Shown here in pieces: positions 19,498-28,045 of a DNA stretch of 64,000 nucleotides. The stretch's first letter is position 1; every line of letters starts with the position of its first letter. The notes under the pieces were generated by a model. The model searched no databases and was not told the origin of the DNA. It was given only the letters and a program-made list of their open reading frames with translations. Origin of the DNA: a virus; IMG/VR virus record IMGVR_UViG_3300028844_001691, positions 14,997-78,996 of that record; one strand, written 5' to 3'. Made by a program: the position numbers and the translations under genes.

Positions 19498-20563
19498 CAA
19501 TTGATCCGCATTTAGAAATACATCTACTAATTCTTGGGTTTTCAGATGCATCTGTTCTGTTGTTAAAACTTTCAGTTAAATCACGTTGGAAATATTGATG
19601 GTTTAATATTTCTGTAATACTATGTTCATCTAAACTGTTCCAGTTACTAGTGTATTTATTGGTATAGTACTCATATTCTTTATATATTTTAGTGCCAGGT
19701 TGTTGATAGTTATAGTATCCAGGTAAATGACAGCATTGATATATTCTTCCACTGTGTTCAACTTGAAATCCGTAATTCTTTTCTCTACGGAACCTACAGT
19801 GTATTGTACTTTCATTTGCAAAGTCTTTTACACTTGCTAATTCTTTTTTGGCTTGTTCAACAATGTCTTTGCTAATTGTACTATTAACATTTTTACTTGT
19901 TGCAGTAACTCCTTTATCTAAGTCTTGCAATCCCATTGCTTCTCTGATAATGCTATGTCTTACTCTAGTGTTTTTATATATAAACGCACTGAAGCCCATT
20001 TCTTTACTCATGCGTTTAGCATCTTCCAATTGATGATCATTATAATCAAAACCAATCCATTTCCATTCAGCATTGCCACCATTATTAATAAAGGCTGTAG
20101 CATTTTCAAAAACTTTGTTTAAGTCTACTCTTACTCTATATCTTTGATGCATTTCTGGATCTATACCATCTATACCAAATGTTATACAACTTGTTTTATG
20201 AAACTTATTCATTAAAGTACCCAAGTCTTTCCAAAACTCCGGAGTCTTATACCCACCATTGCTATCAATATATAATTTAATTTTAGACGCATCTTGTGTT
20301 TTAGCAATATACTCTAACATCTCTAAACTTTGCGGATGATACATACTGTCGCCATAGTTGCCATCAATATTAATTTTAGTTAAGTTGGGCCATTTAACAC
20401 CAAACAAGTTTTGCATATGTTCTAATGTTAACTGTCTACTTCCGTGTGGAGTTATGCCACTATTAACAAAATGTTGTGTTCTGGCACAAGCAGGACATCT
20501 AGCATTACAAGCCGATGTAAACTCTATCATCATATAATTTGTTTTATCTATTTGGTAAGCCAT
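19490..20563 (-). CDS. radical SAM enzyme with C-terminal SPASM-like domain (type A)
   Basis: CNARCPACAR, GNYGD, FGIDG, C-terminal QCCH...RCISKC. Confidence 0.92.
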   Translation of the reverse strand: MAYQIDKTNYMMIEFTSACNARCPACARTQHFVNSGITPHGSRQLTLEHMQNLFGVKWPNLTKINIDGNYGDSMYHPQSLEMLEYIAKTQDASKIKLYIDSNGGYKTPEFWKDLGTLMNKFHKTSCITFGIDGIDPEMHQRYRVRVDLNKVFENATAFINNGGNAEWKWIGFDYNDHQLEDAKRMSKEMGFSAFIYKNTRVRHSIIREAMGLQDLDKGVTATSKNVNSTISKDIVEQAKKELASVKDFANESTIHCRFRREKNYGFQVEHSGRIYQCCHLPGYYNYQQPGTKIYKEYEYYTNKYTSNWNSLDEHSITEILNHQYFQRDLTESFNNRTDASENPRISRCISKCGSIDA

Positions 20564-21228
20564 ACTACTGTATCTGTTTTTCCTGTTAAAATTTTATTTA
20601 ATTTTTCCCCTATCATTTCATGTTCTTGTATAGTAAAATGATTAGGAATATCTGCTGTAGTTCTTTTGTCTGGGTTAGGTTCGTGTGCTGTTGTTAATTT
20701 AAAAAAGTTAGGTTTTACAGTAATCCCATTAGTAAAATAAAAATCATCAACACTAGATGCAAAAGTCCAATCAAAACAAAAGAAATTAATAAATTTAATA
20801 TGATTCATTTTTTTGTATAAGTGTAAGTCCACATAAAATAACAAGTCTAGTGCTTTTTCACATTCTCTTTTTTCATTAAGTATATCATGTTTAATTGCAT
20901 TAGCAACAGCAAGACGTTTATCTTTGTGTACAGGTTTTGTTGTTTTAAAAAATTGTTCATCACAACTCATAGGCTCATAAGGCTTCCAGTCTCTAGCATA
21001 CTCAGGAGCATAAATTCTAAAAGGATGACTCCACCCTACAATACAATATTCAATATCATTATAGTGAGGCGATTTACATAAATCTTTTACTTGTTGCAAC
21101 TGTCTCCAAAACCCTGTAGCACCTATGGCTTGATTTACAACTGTATAATCTTCTGGTATACCTTGTTCTAGCCAATTATTAGGCTCAGCACTAAAGAAAC
21201 TATCACCAATTACATAACAATATTTCAT
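20548..21228 (-). CDS. SGNH/GDSL-like protein
   Basis: N-terminal IGDSF, block II G, C-terminal NH. Confidence 0.7.
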   Translation of the reverse strand: MKYCYVIGDSFFSAEPNNWLEQGIPEDYTVVNQAIGATGFWRQLQQVKDLCKSPHYNDIEYCIVGWSHPFRIYAPEYARDWKPYEPMSCDEQFFKTTKPVHKDKRLAVANAIKHDILNEKRECEKALDLLFYVDLHLYKKMNHIKFINFFCFDWTFASSVDDFYFTNGITVKPNFFKLTTAHEPNPDKRTTADIPNHFTIQEHEMIGEKLNKILTGKTDTVVWLTK

Positions 21229-22215
21229 TTATTTTATCTCCGGTAATTCATTCTTTTTTAATGCTTTAAGGGCCTGTCTAATTCCAACTTTATAATAACG
21301 TTCATCAATTAAAAAGTCTTTGTGCCATTCTTCTTCACCATCAGCCATTGCAATATGCATACAAGGACTGGGCATAATATTTAATTTACGACATAATTGT
21401 ACTTGTAGATCTCTATAATTCTTTACTTGCCAGTCACTAGGTATATGTTTCATAATATGAATACCTACTTGAGCCGCTCCTAATACTAAATGATTATAAT
21501 TATTCTGTTGTCTAATCGGTAAATTGTCTTCGTAATTACTGTAACGCACACCACTTCTGATATTACCTGTTCCAGTTCCTTTAGTTAAACTAAAACAAAC
21601 TTCAGTAATCGCAGGATGTGTTAAATCAATATGTTGATCCATACAAGTACCATACCAAGCACAATCAATTAATACAGGAACCTTTAATCTCCAACAATCA
21701 TCTAATATAGCACGATATCCCAAAGGAGTTCCGCCATTGCCACAAAATGGAAAACTAATTACTACCCAATCGTTTTCTTTAATTGGATTATCACTGTCTA
21801 ATTGACTTAATTCAATATTATCTTGTTCTACACTATCTAAATATTGATAATTGGTAACAACTCTTTTATGATACGCATATTCGCCACGCAACATTCTTAA
21901 ATTTCTATCTTTATATCTATAATATGCTTCATCAAATGCTTGAGTAGTTCCATTAATTAAATCACGATGCTTGAATTGATCTAAACCATGTACAGTATTA
22001 AATTCATTTTCGTGTATCCATTCATGTATACGTTCTTTATATTCATTTGCAACTTCAAAGTATCCAGGTTTATCTAGCCACTCATACCACGGAGCATCTC
22101 TTAATGTAGTTTGAAAGAAGTAATCATAAATTGCATTATGCTTCTTACTGCTAATTAAATCTTTTTCAATTAATTCTTTTGCAAACTCATTAGTTCTGGA
22201 AATGTATCCTGCCAT
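21229..22215 (-). CDS. PLP-dependent fold-type-I enzyme (aminotransferase-like)
   Basis: NGTTQAFD, VLIDCAWYG, FSLTKG (PLP lysine), RSG. Confidence 0.75.
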   Translation of the reverse strand: MAGYISRTNEFAKELIEKDLISSKKHNAIYDYFFQTTLRDAPWYEWLDKPGYFEVANEYKERIHEWIHENEFNTVHGLDQFKHRDLINGTTQAFDEAYYRYKDRNLRMLRGEYAYHKRVVTNYQYLDSVEQDNIELSQLDSDNPIKENDWVVISFPFCGNGGTPLGYRAILDDCWRLKVPVLIDCAWYGTCMDQHIDLTHPAITEVCFSLTKGTGTGNIRSGVRYSNYEDNLPIRQQNNYNHLVLGAAQVGIHIMKHIPSDWQVKNYRDLQVQLCRKLNIMPSPCMHIAMADGEEEWHKDFLIDERYYKVGIRQALKALKKNELPEIK

Positions 22216-23474
22216 GAAGTTCCTCTTATTTTATCCATTTTATTTAAATATTCAATTAATAATGGAATATTTGTTGCTGGTTTATCTAATGCATTTATTA
22301 ATGCATCAAACTTTTTATATTTGTCTGTTACTTGCGTACCTAATTCCATGCGTAATTGAATTATATCCTGTGACGCTTTATCTTTAATTTCTTTATTTAA
22401 ATTATTAATACCTAATATACTAGGAGACCATAGGAAATGCATACCTATAGTTCCACCAAATCTTTTTATATTTAATTTTTTAAATCCCTGATCCATTTTC
22501 CAACGCACAAATTCAGGTATGTGACTAACATTTAATGCATTAACTGTACAGTCAATATCCACTGTTGTATTATCAGGCATATCATCCCAATACTTTAATA
22601 CATTTAATTGATGTTGCCAAGTACCTGGATAACGTATATATTCATAACGTTGTTGTATACCGTCCATGCTTAAATGAATTAAACAATGTTTAAATTTTTT
22701 ATATAATTCTTTTAATTCAGGATCTGTTGTTTGTCCGTTAGTATTAAATCTTAATTCAATATCTTTTGCATAGTTTTTATCTACACAATACTTTAAAAAC
22801 TCTTTAAATTCTTTATTAATAGTTGGCTCACCGCCAATAATATAGATATGTTTTAAATTATGTAGTTGCTCGTATATGTCATTCCAATATGTTTTATTAT
22901 TTTTCCACCAATTATATCCGCCTAATTCATTTCTATTCCAATATACTTCATTTTTTAATTCATTACTTGCACTGCTAATTAATTTATTATAATCAGGTAT
23001 CCATTGTGTACTGTCTGCAGGGTTACACATAACACAAGCAAGGTCACATTTATTACCTAATTTCATATCTACATAGTGTATACCATAACTCATTGCACCC
23101 GAGTTGTCAACACCTTTTAATACTGCTGGCACGTCTATACGTTCTTCCCACTCTTCATTTTCCCACAGTCGTTTGCTTCTATAACCTAATGCTTCTTCTT
23201 TATAGCAACTTAAACAAGCTCTTGGAGTTTTATTACTTAACATATCCGTTCTAATGGCTCGCATATAGTCAGTATTCCAATAATCCTCTGCTCTATCCTG
23301 CTCTAAATTAACAATAGTACCATCATTTTTGCGATTAACACCCGGTTGTCTATTTTTTTCCGTGCTACTGCTGTTGGCATGACAGCATATCTGCATATTA
23401 CCGTCAGTTCTAGTACTTAAATGAATAAAAGGCAGTATGCAAAAGCCTTTTAATTGTTTATGATTCGTCGTCAT
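22170..23474 (-). CDS. N-terminal Twitch-domain radical SAM enzyme (type B)
   Basis: FCILPF, ICC, CLSC, CDLACVMC, GGEP, NTNG, YIRYP; close paralog of 28733-30148. Confidence 0.93.
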   Translation of the reverse strand: MTTNHKQLKGFCILPFIHLSTRTDGNMQICCHANSSSTEKNRQPGVNRKNDGTIVNLEQDRAEDYWNTDYMRAIRTDMLSNKTPRACLSCYKEEALGYRSKRLWENEEWEERIDVPAVLKGVDNSGAMSYGIHYVDMKLGNKCDLACVMCNPADSTQWIPDYNKLISSASNELKNEVYWNRNELGGYNWWKNNKTYWNDIYEQLHNLKHIYIIGGEPTINKEFKEFLKYCVDKNYAKDIELRFNTNGQTTDPELKELYKKFKHCLIHLSMDGIQQRYEYIRYPGTWQHQLNVLKYWDDMPDNTTVDIDCTVNALNVSHIPEFVRWKMDQGFKKLNIKRFGGTIGMHFLWSPSILGINNLNKEIKDKASQDIIQLRMELGTQVTDKYKKFDALINALDKPATNIPLLIEYLNKMDKIRGTSWQDTFPELMSLQKN

Positions 23475-25035
23475 CTAATGTTTCAATATCCAATACTGAT
23501 TGATCTAATCCTTGTACACTTTTATGACTGCCAGGCCCAATACCTGTGCCACCTTGATGCTTGTAACGTCCTGTTTTTTGATCTTTAGGAGCATCAACTA
23601 GTTGTCCATCTTTAGTAATACCTGTGTCGTGTATTTCACTTAAATCTTTATATTCACCTGTTTTTAAATTCTGTTCATTACGGCGCATTGCTTCAAATAT
23701 ACCATCTCCTAGTTCAGTATGACACATTTGTTTACATTTAGCAGGTTGCATTTCACTACTGTGTTTCCAGTCTTCTTCCAGCAAATATTCATAAAAAGGA
23801 TGTTCTAGTATGCTTCTAACAGGGTTATCATCATCTGCAAAGTTATATAAACTGTTCCATTGATCATCTATACCATACTTTTTATAACTAGGAAGAGGCC
23901 AATGATCTGATTTATTTTCATAAAATTCAATTCCACCTAACCAATTACAGGGCCATACTTTACCTGTAGCATCAACGTATATACGTGGATCACCTATGTT
24001 TTGACATATAATGTTTTGTTTAGTACTCCAAAAGTTCTTAGCAGTTTCAGTATGCTTTAAATGAATACCTTTAATCTTTTCTCTATAAGGATGACGATGT
24101 TCAGGTTTAATGCTTACATTCACAGGCGAAAGTTCGGTGCCACCTTGTTTTGCGGCTCGGCTCGAAGAGACGCCAGAAGTGTCGGTAAGCTCAAATTTTA
24201 TAGTAGTGTCTTTTCGCATTAGTTCCTGCTTAGAACTACGGTCTTTAAGCATTTCAAACTCAGCATCTTCTGCCAACTTCTCTGCTTCACGTTTGCTCAT
24301 GCGTATAGGGTTATATCTAAAACTGACCTTTTCAATAAACTCACTAAAGCCCAAGTCCTTTGCATATGCTTTGGCCTCGTCTAATTGGTGTTCATTGTGA
24401 TTCATCATAATCCATTGCCAACGTGCTCTGCCTCCTGCATTAATAAATGCAGTTACATTTTCTACAATACGATCCCATTTTGCACCCACACGATACAAAT
24501 GGTTGGTATCAGCCAGTCCGTCAATGCTAAAGGTAACTCTACCGCCGTAGTAATTCTTTATATTGTCACGGCTTCCACCTTCGCCATTGATTATTGTGGC
24601 TAGTTCTGCCCACCATTCTGGACTTCTTGATGCTCCATTACTTGATATGCTTACGTTCTTTGTACCGTGTTCTCTAAAGTAACGCAGTATGTCTAGTGTT
24701 TCAGGGTGTGCTGTGGGATCACCATAATTACCGCAACTTAAAAAATAGTGTAGTTGTGCCACAAATTCGGGTGGGAAAAACCTTTTGATATCAGCAAGAC
24801 TAATTAACTTTTTACCTGCCTTCTCTAGTTCTGGATTAAATGTACGTCCACAACCTCCACAGTATAAGAAACAAGTGTTGTTGAATTCCAATTCTAAACG
24901 TTTAACACGTTCATATTGAAACATGGTGTAGCCAGCACTGTCTTTCCATTTGTTCGCTTTACGCTCTGTCAATAGTTGCGGATTTAAAGGTGTTTGAGGA
25001 TCTTTATTAAACTGTGATTTATCGTAGTTGCTCAT
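23458..25035 (-). CDS. radical SAM enzyme with C-terminal SPASM-like domain (type A, with insertions)
   Basis: CFLYCGGC, GNYGDP, FSIDGLADTNHLYR, VWPC...KCKQMC. Confidence 0.92.
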   Translation of the reverse strand: MSNYDKSQFNKDPQTPLNPQLLTERKANKWKDSAGYTMFQYERVKRLELEFNNTCFLYCGGCGRTFNPELEKAGKKLISLADIKRFFPPEFVAQLHYFLSCGNYGDPTAHPETLDILRYFREHGTKNVSISSNGASRSPEWWAELATIINGEGGSRDNIKNYYGGRVTFSIDGLADTNHLYRVGAKWDRIVENVTAFINAGGRARWQWIMMNHNEHQLDEAKAYAKDLGFSEFIEKVSFRYNPIRMSKREAEKLAEDAEFEMLKDRSSKQELMRKDTTIKFELTDTSGVSSSRAAKQGGTELSPVNVSIKPEHRHPYREKIKGIHLKHTETAKNFWSTKQNIICQNIGDPRIYVDATGKVWPCNWLGGIEFYENKSDHWPLPSYKKYGIDDQWNSLYNFADDDNPVRSILEHPFYEYLLEEDWKHSSEMQPAKCKQMCHTELGDGIFEAMRRNEQNLKTGEYKDLSEIHDTGITKDGQLVDAPKDQKTGRYKHQGGTGIGPGSHKSVQGLDQSVLDIETLDDDES

Positions 25036-25082
25036 ATAAACTCTTTATAATTGATTAGCATAGTATTACTCTATACAACACT

Positions 25083-25097
25083 GTTATTTACTCTAGT
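25083..25097 (-). repeat. 15-bp inverted-repeat copy containing a late-promoter core (partner at 27281-27295)
   Basis: Reverse complement is ACTAGAGTAAATAAC, identical to + strand 27281-27295. Confidence 0.8.
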
Positions 25098-25123
25098 GTC
25101 ACGTTAGAACCCTAGTAGGCGGA

Positions 25124-25143
25124 TAAATGAATTAATTCATTTA
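25124..25143. repeat. perfect 20-bp palindrome, possible operator
   Basis: TAAATGAATTAATTCATTTA is self-complementary; AAATGAATTAA recurs at 25260-25270. Confidence 0.75.
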
Positions 25144-25188
25144 ATAGTATACACTGTGGGGAAGTTCAACAACTGTTGTGTGTTGCAT
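25141..25188 (-). CDS. putative 15-aa peptide MQHTTVVELPHSVYY
   Basis: ATG 5 nt downstream of an exact TATAAATA (25194-25201). Confidence 0.3.
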   Translation of the reverse strand: MQHTTVVELPHSVYY

Positions 25189-25193
25189 ACAGT

Positions 25194-25246
25194 TATTTAT
25201 ACTTTCCTTATACTGCTATTATACACAAAGAATGACTATAATGCAA
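25194..25246 (-). promoter_or_regulatory. tandem sigma70-type and T4-late-type promoters
   Basis: TTGCAT(25246-25241)-N17-TATAAT(25223-25218), followed by TATAAATA (25201-25194). Confidence 0.65.
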
Positions 25247-25252
25247 GTAAAT

Positions 25253-25354
25253 TCAATTAAAATGAATTAAATTACAAGTGAATCCGGGGTCAAATATTTT
25301 TCTTAATGGTCGGTTGCCGTCGCTCCGGTAAGCCTTTTTGTCGTGCTCGTACAC
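25253..25354 (-). CDS. putative 33-aa peptide MYEHDKKAYRSDGNRPLRKIFDPGFTCNLIHFN
   Basis: GTG start 5 nt after AGGAG, immediately downstream of the radical SAM stop at 25369. Confidence 0.35.
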   Translation of the reverse strand: MYEHDKKAYRSDGNRPLRKIFDPGFTCNLIHFN

Positions 25355-25368
25355 TGTGTCTCCTACCT

Positions 25369-26577
25369 TTAAGACACCTTGCGTATAGATTCAGTTATAA
25401 AGTCCCGTGTAAGGGGCTCTAAATAGTCTTTATAGTGTTGTTTACGGTGCTCATCCAATACTTGTATGCTCTTGACCATTATCTTTAATTGTGCCACCGT
25501 AGGAGGACTATAGTTCGCTAATAATGATTTAATTGAATTAATTAATATGTTACTGTTTGAGCAGTATTCAATATCCTTTAATGCTGTTTCTAGTATATGC
25601 TCGGGTACCATCTTTAAACTGTTGTAGTTATCGTCTGGGTGTAGTATGTTATTCATATATAACTTGTTTGCTCCCAGTCTACTCTGTAGTCTACCAAGGT
25701 TCTCTATATTAAATAACTGTGGTACACAACAGAAATCATAACTTATATCATACTTGCCACGTGTTACACTCTCTAACAGTCTTATTCTATCATTAAAATT
25801 GTCCCACCTATAGGGATATCTTATGTATTCATATGTAGTACCTGTACCATCTACACTTATATTCAAATGTACTTTGTTAAATTCATCAAATAACTCCATG
25901 AATTTAGGGGAGAATTTGGTAGCATTAGTTGTTAACTGTAGACGAATGTCTCGTGCATAGCCTTTGTCTACTATGTAGTGTAGTATATCTAACACTTCTC
26001 GTTGTACTAGAGGTTCTCCGCCTGTGAATTTAAGCACACTCACACCTTGTTCTAGTATAGTGTATACATCTTGTTGTAGTTCTTCTTTCATACTAACCAG
26101 TGTTCTGTCATTTAAATGTGCATAGTTACTTGGCGGAAGTATTTTTTTGTTTATTAGAGCATCTCTTTCCTCGGCGATTAAGTTACTGTCACTGGGACTG
26201 CACATACGACAGCGGAGGTTACACTGATTTGTTAACTTTAAATCTAAATATTGTATTCTAGGTTTGTCTTCGACTATACTATCAAACTTGTTCTGCATAC
26301 TAGTTCTTACACTAGTACCGGCGGCTTCTTCTGTACGCCAACAACGTCTACACATTGCATTCTTGACACCGTTATTGAGATCACTTCTCAATTGATTCAT
26401 CTCTGCACCGTGAAACCATGACGTCAAATCGTAGTCACTGTTGCGAATGTTTGTGGGATTATCCCGGCCCTCTGCATTACAACAGGGTTTGAATGTTCCT
26501 ATTGCACTGCTATGACTGTGTACCCAGGGTAATGGGCACCATGTTGTACTATCTTTATTTGGTTTCATATCACTCAT
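25369..26577 (-). CDS. N-terminal Twitch-domain radical SAM enzyme (type B)
   Basis: WCPLPW, PCC, CRRC, CNLRCRMC, TGGEP, TTNAT, YIRYP. Confidence 0.93.
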   Translation of the reverse strand: MSDMKPNKDSTTWCPLPWVHSHSSAIGTFKPCCNAEGRDNPTNIRNSDYDLTSWFHGAEMNQLRSDLNNGVKNAMCRRCWRTEEAAGTSVRTSMQNKFDSIVEDKPRIQYLDLKLTNQCNLRCRMCSPSDSNLIAEERDALINKKILPPSNYAHLNDRTLVSMKEELQQDVYTILEQGVSVLKFTGGEPLVQREVLDILHYIVDKGYARDIRLQLTTNATKFSPKFMELFDEFNKVHLNISVDGTGTTYEYIRYPYRWDNFNDRIRLLESVTRGKYDISYDFCCVPQLFNIENLGRLQSRLGANKLYMNNILHPDDNYNSLKMVPEHILETALKDIEYCSNSNILINSIKSLLANYSPPTVAQLKIMVKSIQVLDEHRKQHYKDYLEPLTRDFITESIRKVS

Positions 26578-26593
26578 ACGATTGCTTATTATT

Positions 26594-26621
26594 AGTATAC
26601 ACTCTTTTGGGCCTTTGTCAA
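26594..26621 (-). promoter_or_regulatory. sigma70-type promoter for 25369-26577
   Basis: TTGACA-N16-TATACT on - strand, 16 nt upstream of the ATG. Confidence 0.7.
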
Positions 26622-26649
26622 CCTATTATCCGTGTTATTATTGGAGAAA

Positions 26650-26788
26650 AACCGGTTGACAACCTGGTGTAAATGTGTTATAATATATGTATTATAATAA
26701 CTATTCTAGATCCATGATTGAATCTCCTAGTAATACTGTATTTATTGTGCAATAAACCGGTTGACAGATACTGTATATGTGCTATTAT
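26650..26788 (+). promoter_or_regulatory. two tandem sigma70-type early promoters
   Basis: AACCGGTTGACA duplicated (26650-26661, 26755-26766); TTGACA-N17-TATAAT (26679-26684) and TTGACA-N16-TATTAT (26783-26788). Confidence 0.8.
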
Positions 26789-26821
26789 ATATGTATAAGT
26801 TAAACAAAACAGGAGATACAT

Positions 26822-27073
26822 ATGTCATTTGAAACCTACAGTATATTAAAAGTAAGACAAGCCTTTGATAATGCAGATAAACCTGACCCAGATATGCATT
26901 GGAGTCATGGTACACTATGGGTAGATACCAATAGTGAAGAGGATATGGATCTAGTAGCGACTACACTAGAGAATGATGTATTAAGTTCAGACTACAAAGT
27001 AGATATGAACTGTCTTAAAGCAACAGAGACTGAGCCTTGGGATCAATGGGCAGTTGATATAGTACAAGCATAG
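26822..27073 (+). CDS. small acidic hypothetical (early) protein
   Basis: AGGAG RBS; directly downstream of the tandem promoters. Confidence 0.8.
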   Translation: MSFETYSILKVRQAFDNADKPDPDMHWSHGTLWVDTNSEEDMDLVATTLENDVLSSDYKVDMNCLKATETEPWDQWAVDIVQA

Positions 27074-27280
27074 TATACCCACAGTATGAGCTAATAGGGG
27101 GGTTATACGAACTGTATACACTATATCCTAATATAACTTGAATTCAAAAAAACTTTCTGAAATCTGACCCCAGGGGGCTACGTTTTGGCCCCACCTTGAT
27201 TCCTTACCCTGGCGCAATCAAATCGGCTATCAATTTTTTTGAGGTTTTAGCAACACCTTTTCACACCTTTAAATCCGTCT

Positions 27281-27295
27281 ACTAGAGTAAATAAC
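27281..27295 (+). repeat. 15-bp inverted-repeat copy / late promoter
   Basis: ACTAGAGTAAATAAC; TAAATA lies 5 nt before ATG 27299. Confidence 0.8.
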
Positions 27296-27298
27296 TAT

Positions 27299-27556
27299 AT
27301 GTACACTCACATATCAATACTAACAAGTAAAAGCAATCGTGTATACAACACTGCTGAACAGTGGCACAATGAACACGGTCCTTGTGGCGTATTCAATACT
27401 AGTGTAATCAAAGGTAGTATTGTGTGCGATGGTACTAGCAGTGTTACTCGTACACTAGTATATGACAATCATTCAATGCGTACACAACACAGTGAATCAA
27501 AGCGAAGTGTCGATAAGTCATTTACACAACAACTCATACAAGAGATATTAAGTTAA
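27299..27556 (+). CDS. hypothetical protein (probably leaderless late gene)
   Basis: 85-aa ORF; TAAATA-N5-ATG. Confidence 0.65.
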   Translation: MYTHISILTSKSNRVYNTAEQWHNEHGPCGVFNTSVIKGSIVCDGTSSVTRTLVYDNHSMRTQHSESKRSVDKSFTQQLIQEILS

Positions 27557-27585
27557 TCATCAACTACGGCATAAGTACTAAACAA

Positions 27586-27756
27586 ATGGCGCAATATACA
27601 AAACGCAATTTGAATACTAGTAGCGAATATACTTCATATCAAAAGAACAATCCTTTAACAAAATACGTTGAACGAGTTTGTGGAATTAACTGTACTAGTA
27701 GAGCTCCAACTAAACAAAATCAAAAACTTCGTCGTAAGAAATACCAGGGCAAATAA
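27586..27756 (+). CDS. putative 56-aa basic protein (not in ORF track)
   Basis: MAQYTKRNLNTSSEYTSYQKNNPLTKYVERVCGINCTSRAPTKQNQKLRRKKYQGK; TAAGTA at 27572-27577. Confidence 0.45.
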   Translation: MAQYTKRNLNTSSEYTSYQKNNPLTKYVERVCGINCTSRAPTKQNQKLRRKKYQGK

Positions 27757-27765
27757 AAATTTTTG

Positions 27766-27939
27766 CTATATATTTTTTGTGGGTTTTTGTGCGGGGTTTT
27801 TCTTTCCCATTACAGTATTTAGGTTATACTTAAAGGGCAGACCATTGTTACTGTCCATTAATGCTATTAAACAACATAGTGGCAGGGCAAACATCCATAA
27901 CAGGAATACAATAGGAGCGGTGAACACACGTTTGAACAT
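27766..27939 (-). CDS. putative 57-aa membrane peptide (not in ORF track)
   Basis: MFKRVFTAPIVFLLWMFALPLCCLIALMDSNN...; TAAGTA-N5-ATG; one hydrophobic helix. Confidence 0.45.
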   Translation of the reverse strand: MFKRVFTAPIVFLLWMFALPLCCLIALMDSNNGLPFKYNLNTVMGKKNPAQKPTKNI

Positions 27940-28045
27940 ACTAGTACTTATTGTAAAAAATGGCTTTACCGACGCCTTCGTCAGGCAGACCAGCAGTTAT
28001 TCGCGGAGCCAACGAAATTCGTCTGGGTTATTACGACGTCTAGTA

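Noticed and set aside
26701-26715. MDLE-stop micro-ORF with a good RBS as a real gene
   Set aside because: Only four codons, and read-through meets another stop within three codons. Noted only as a possible remnant.
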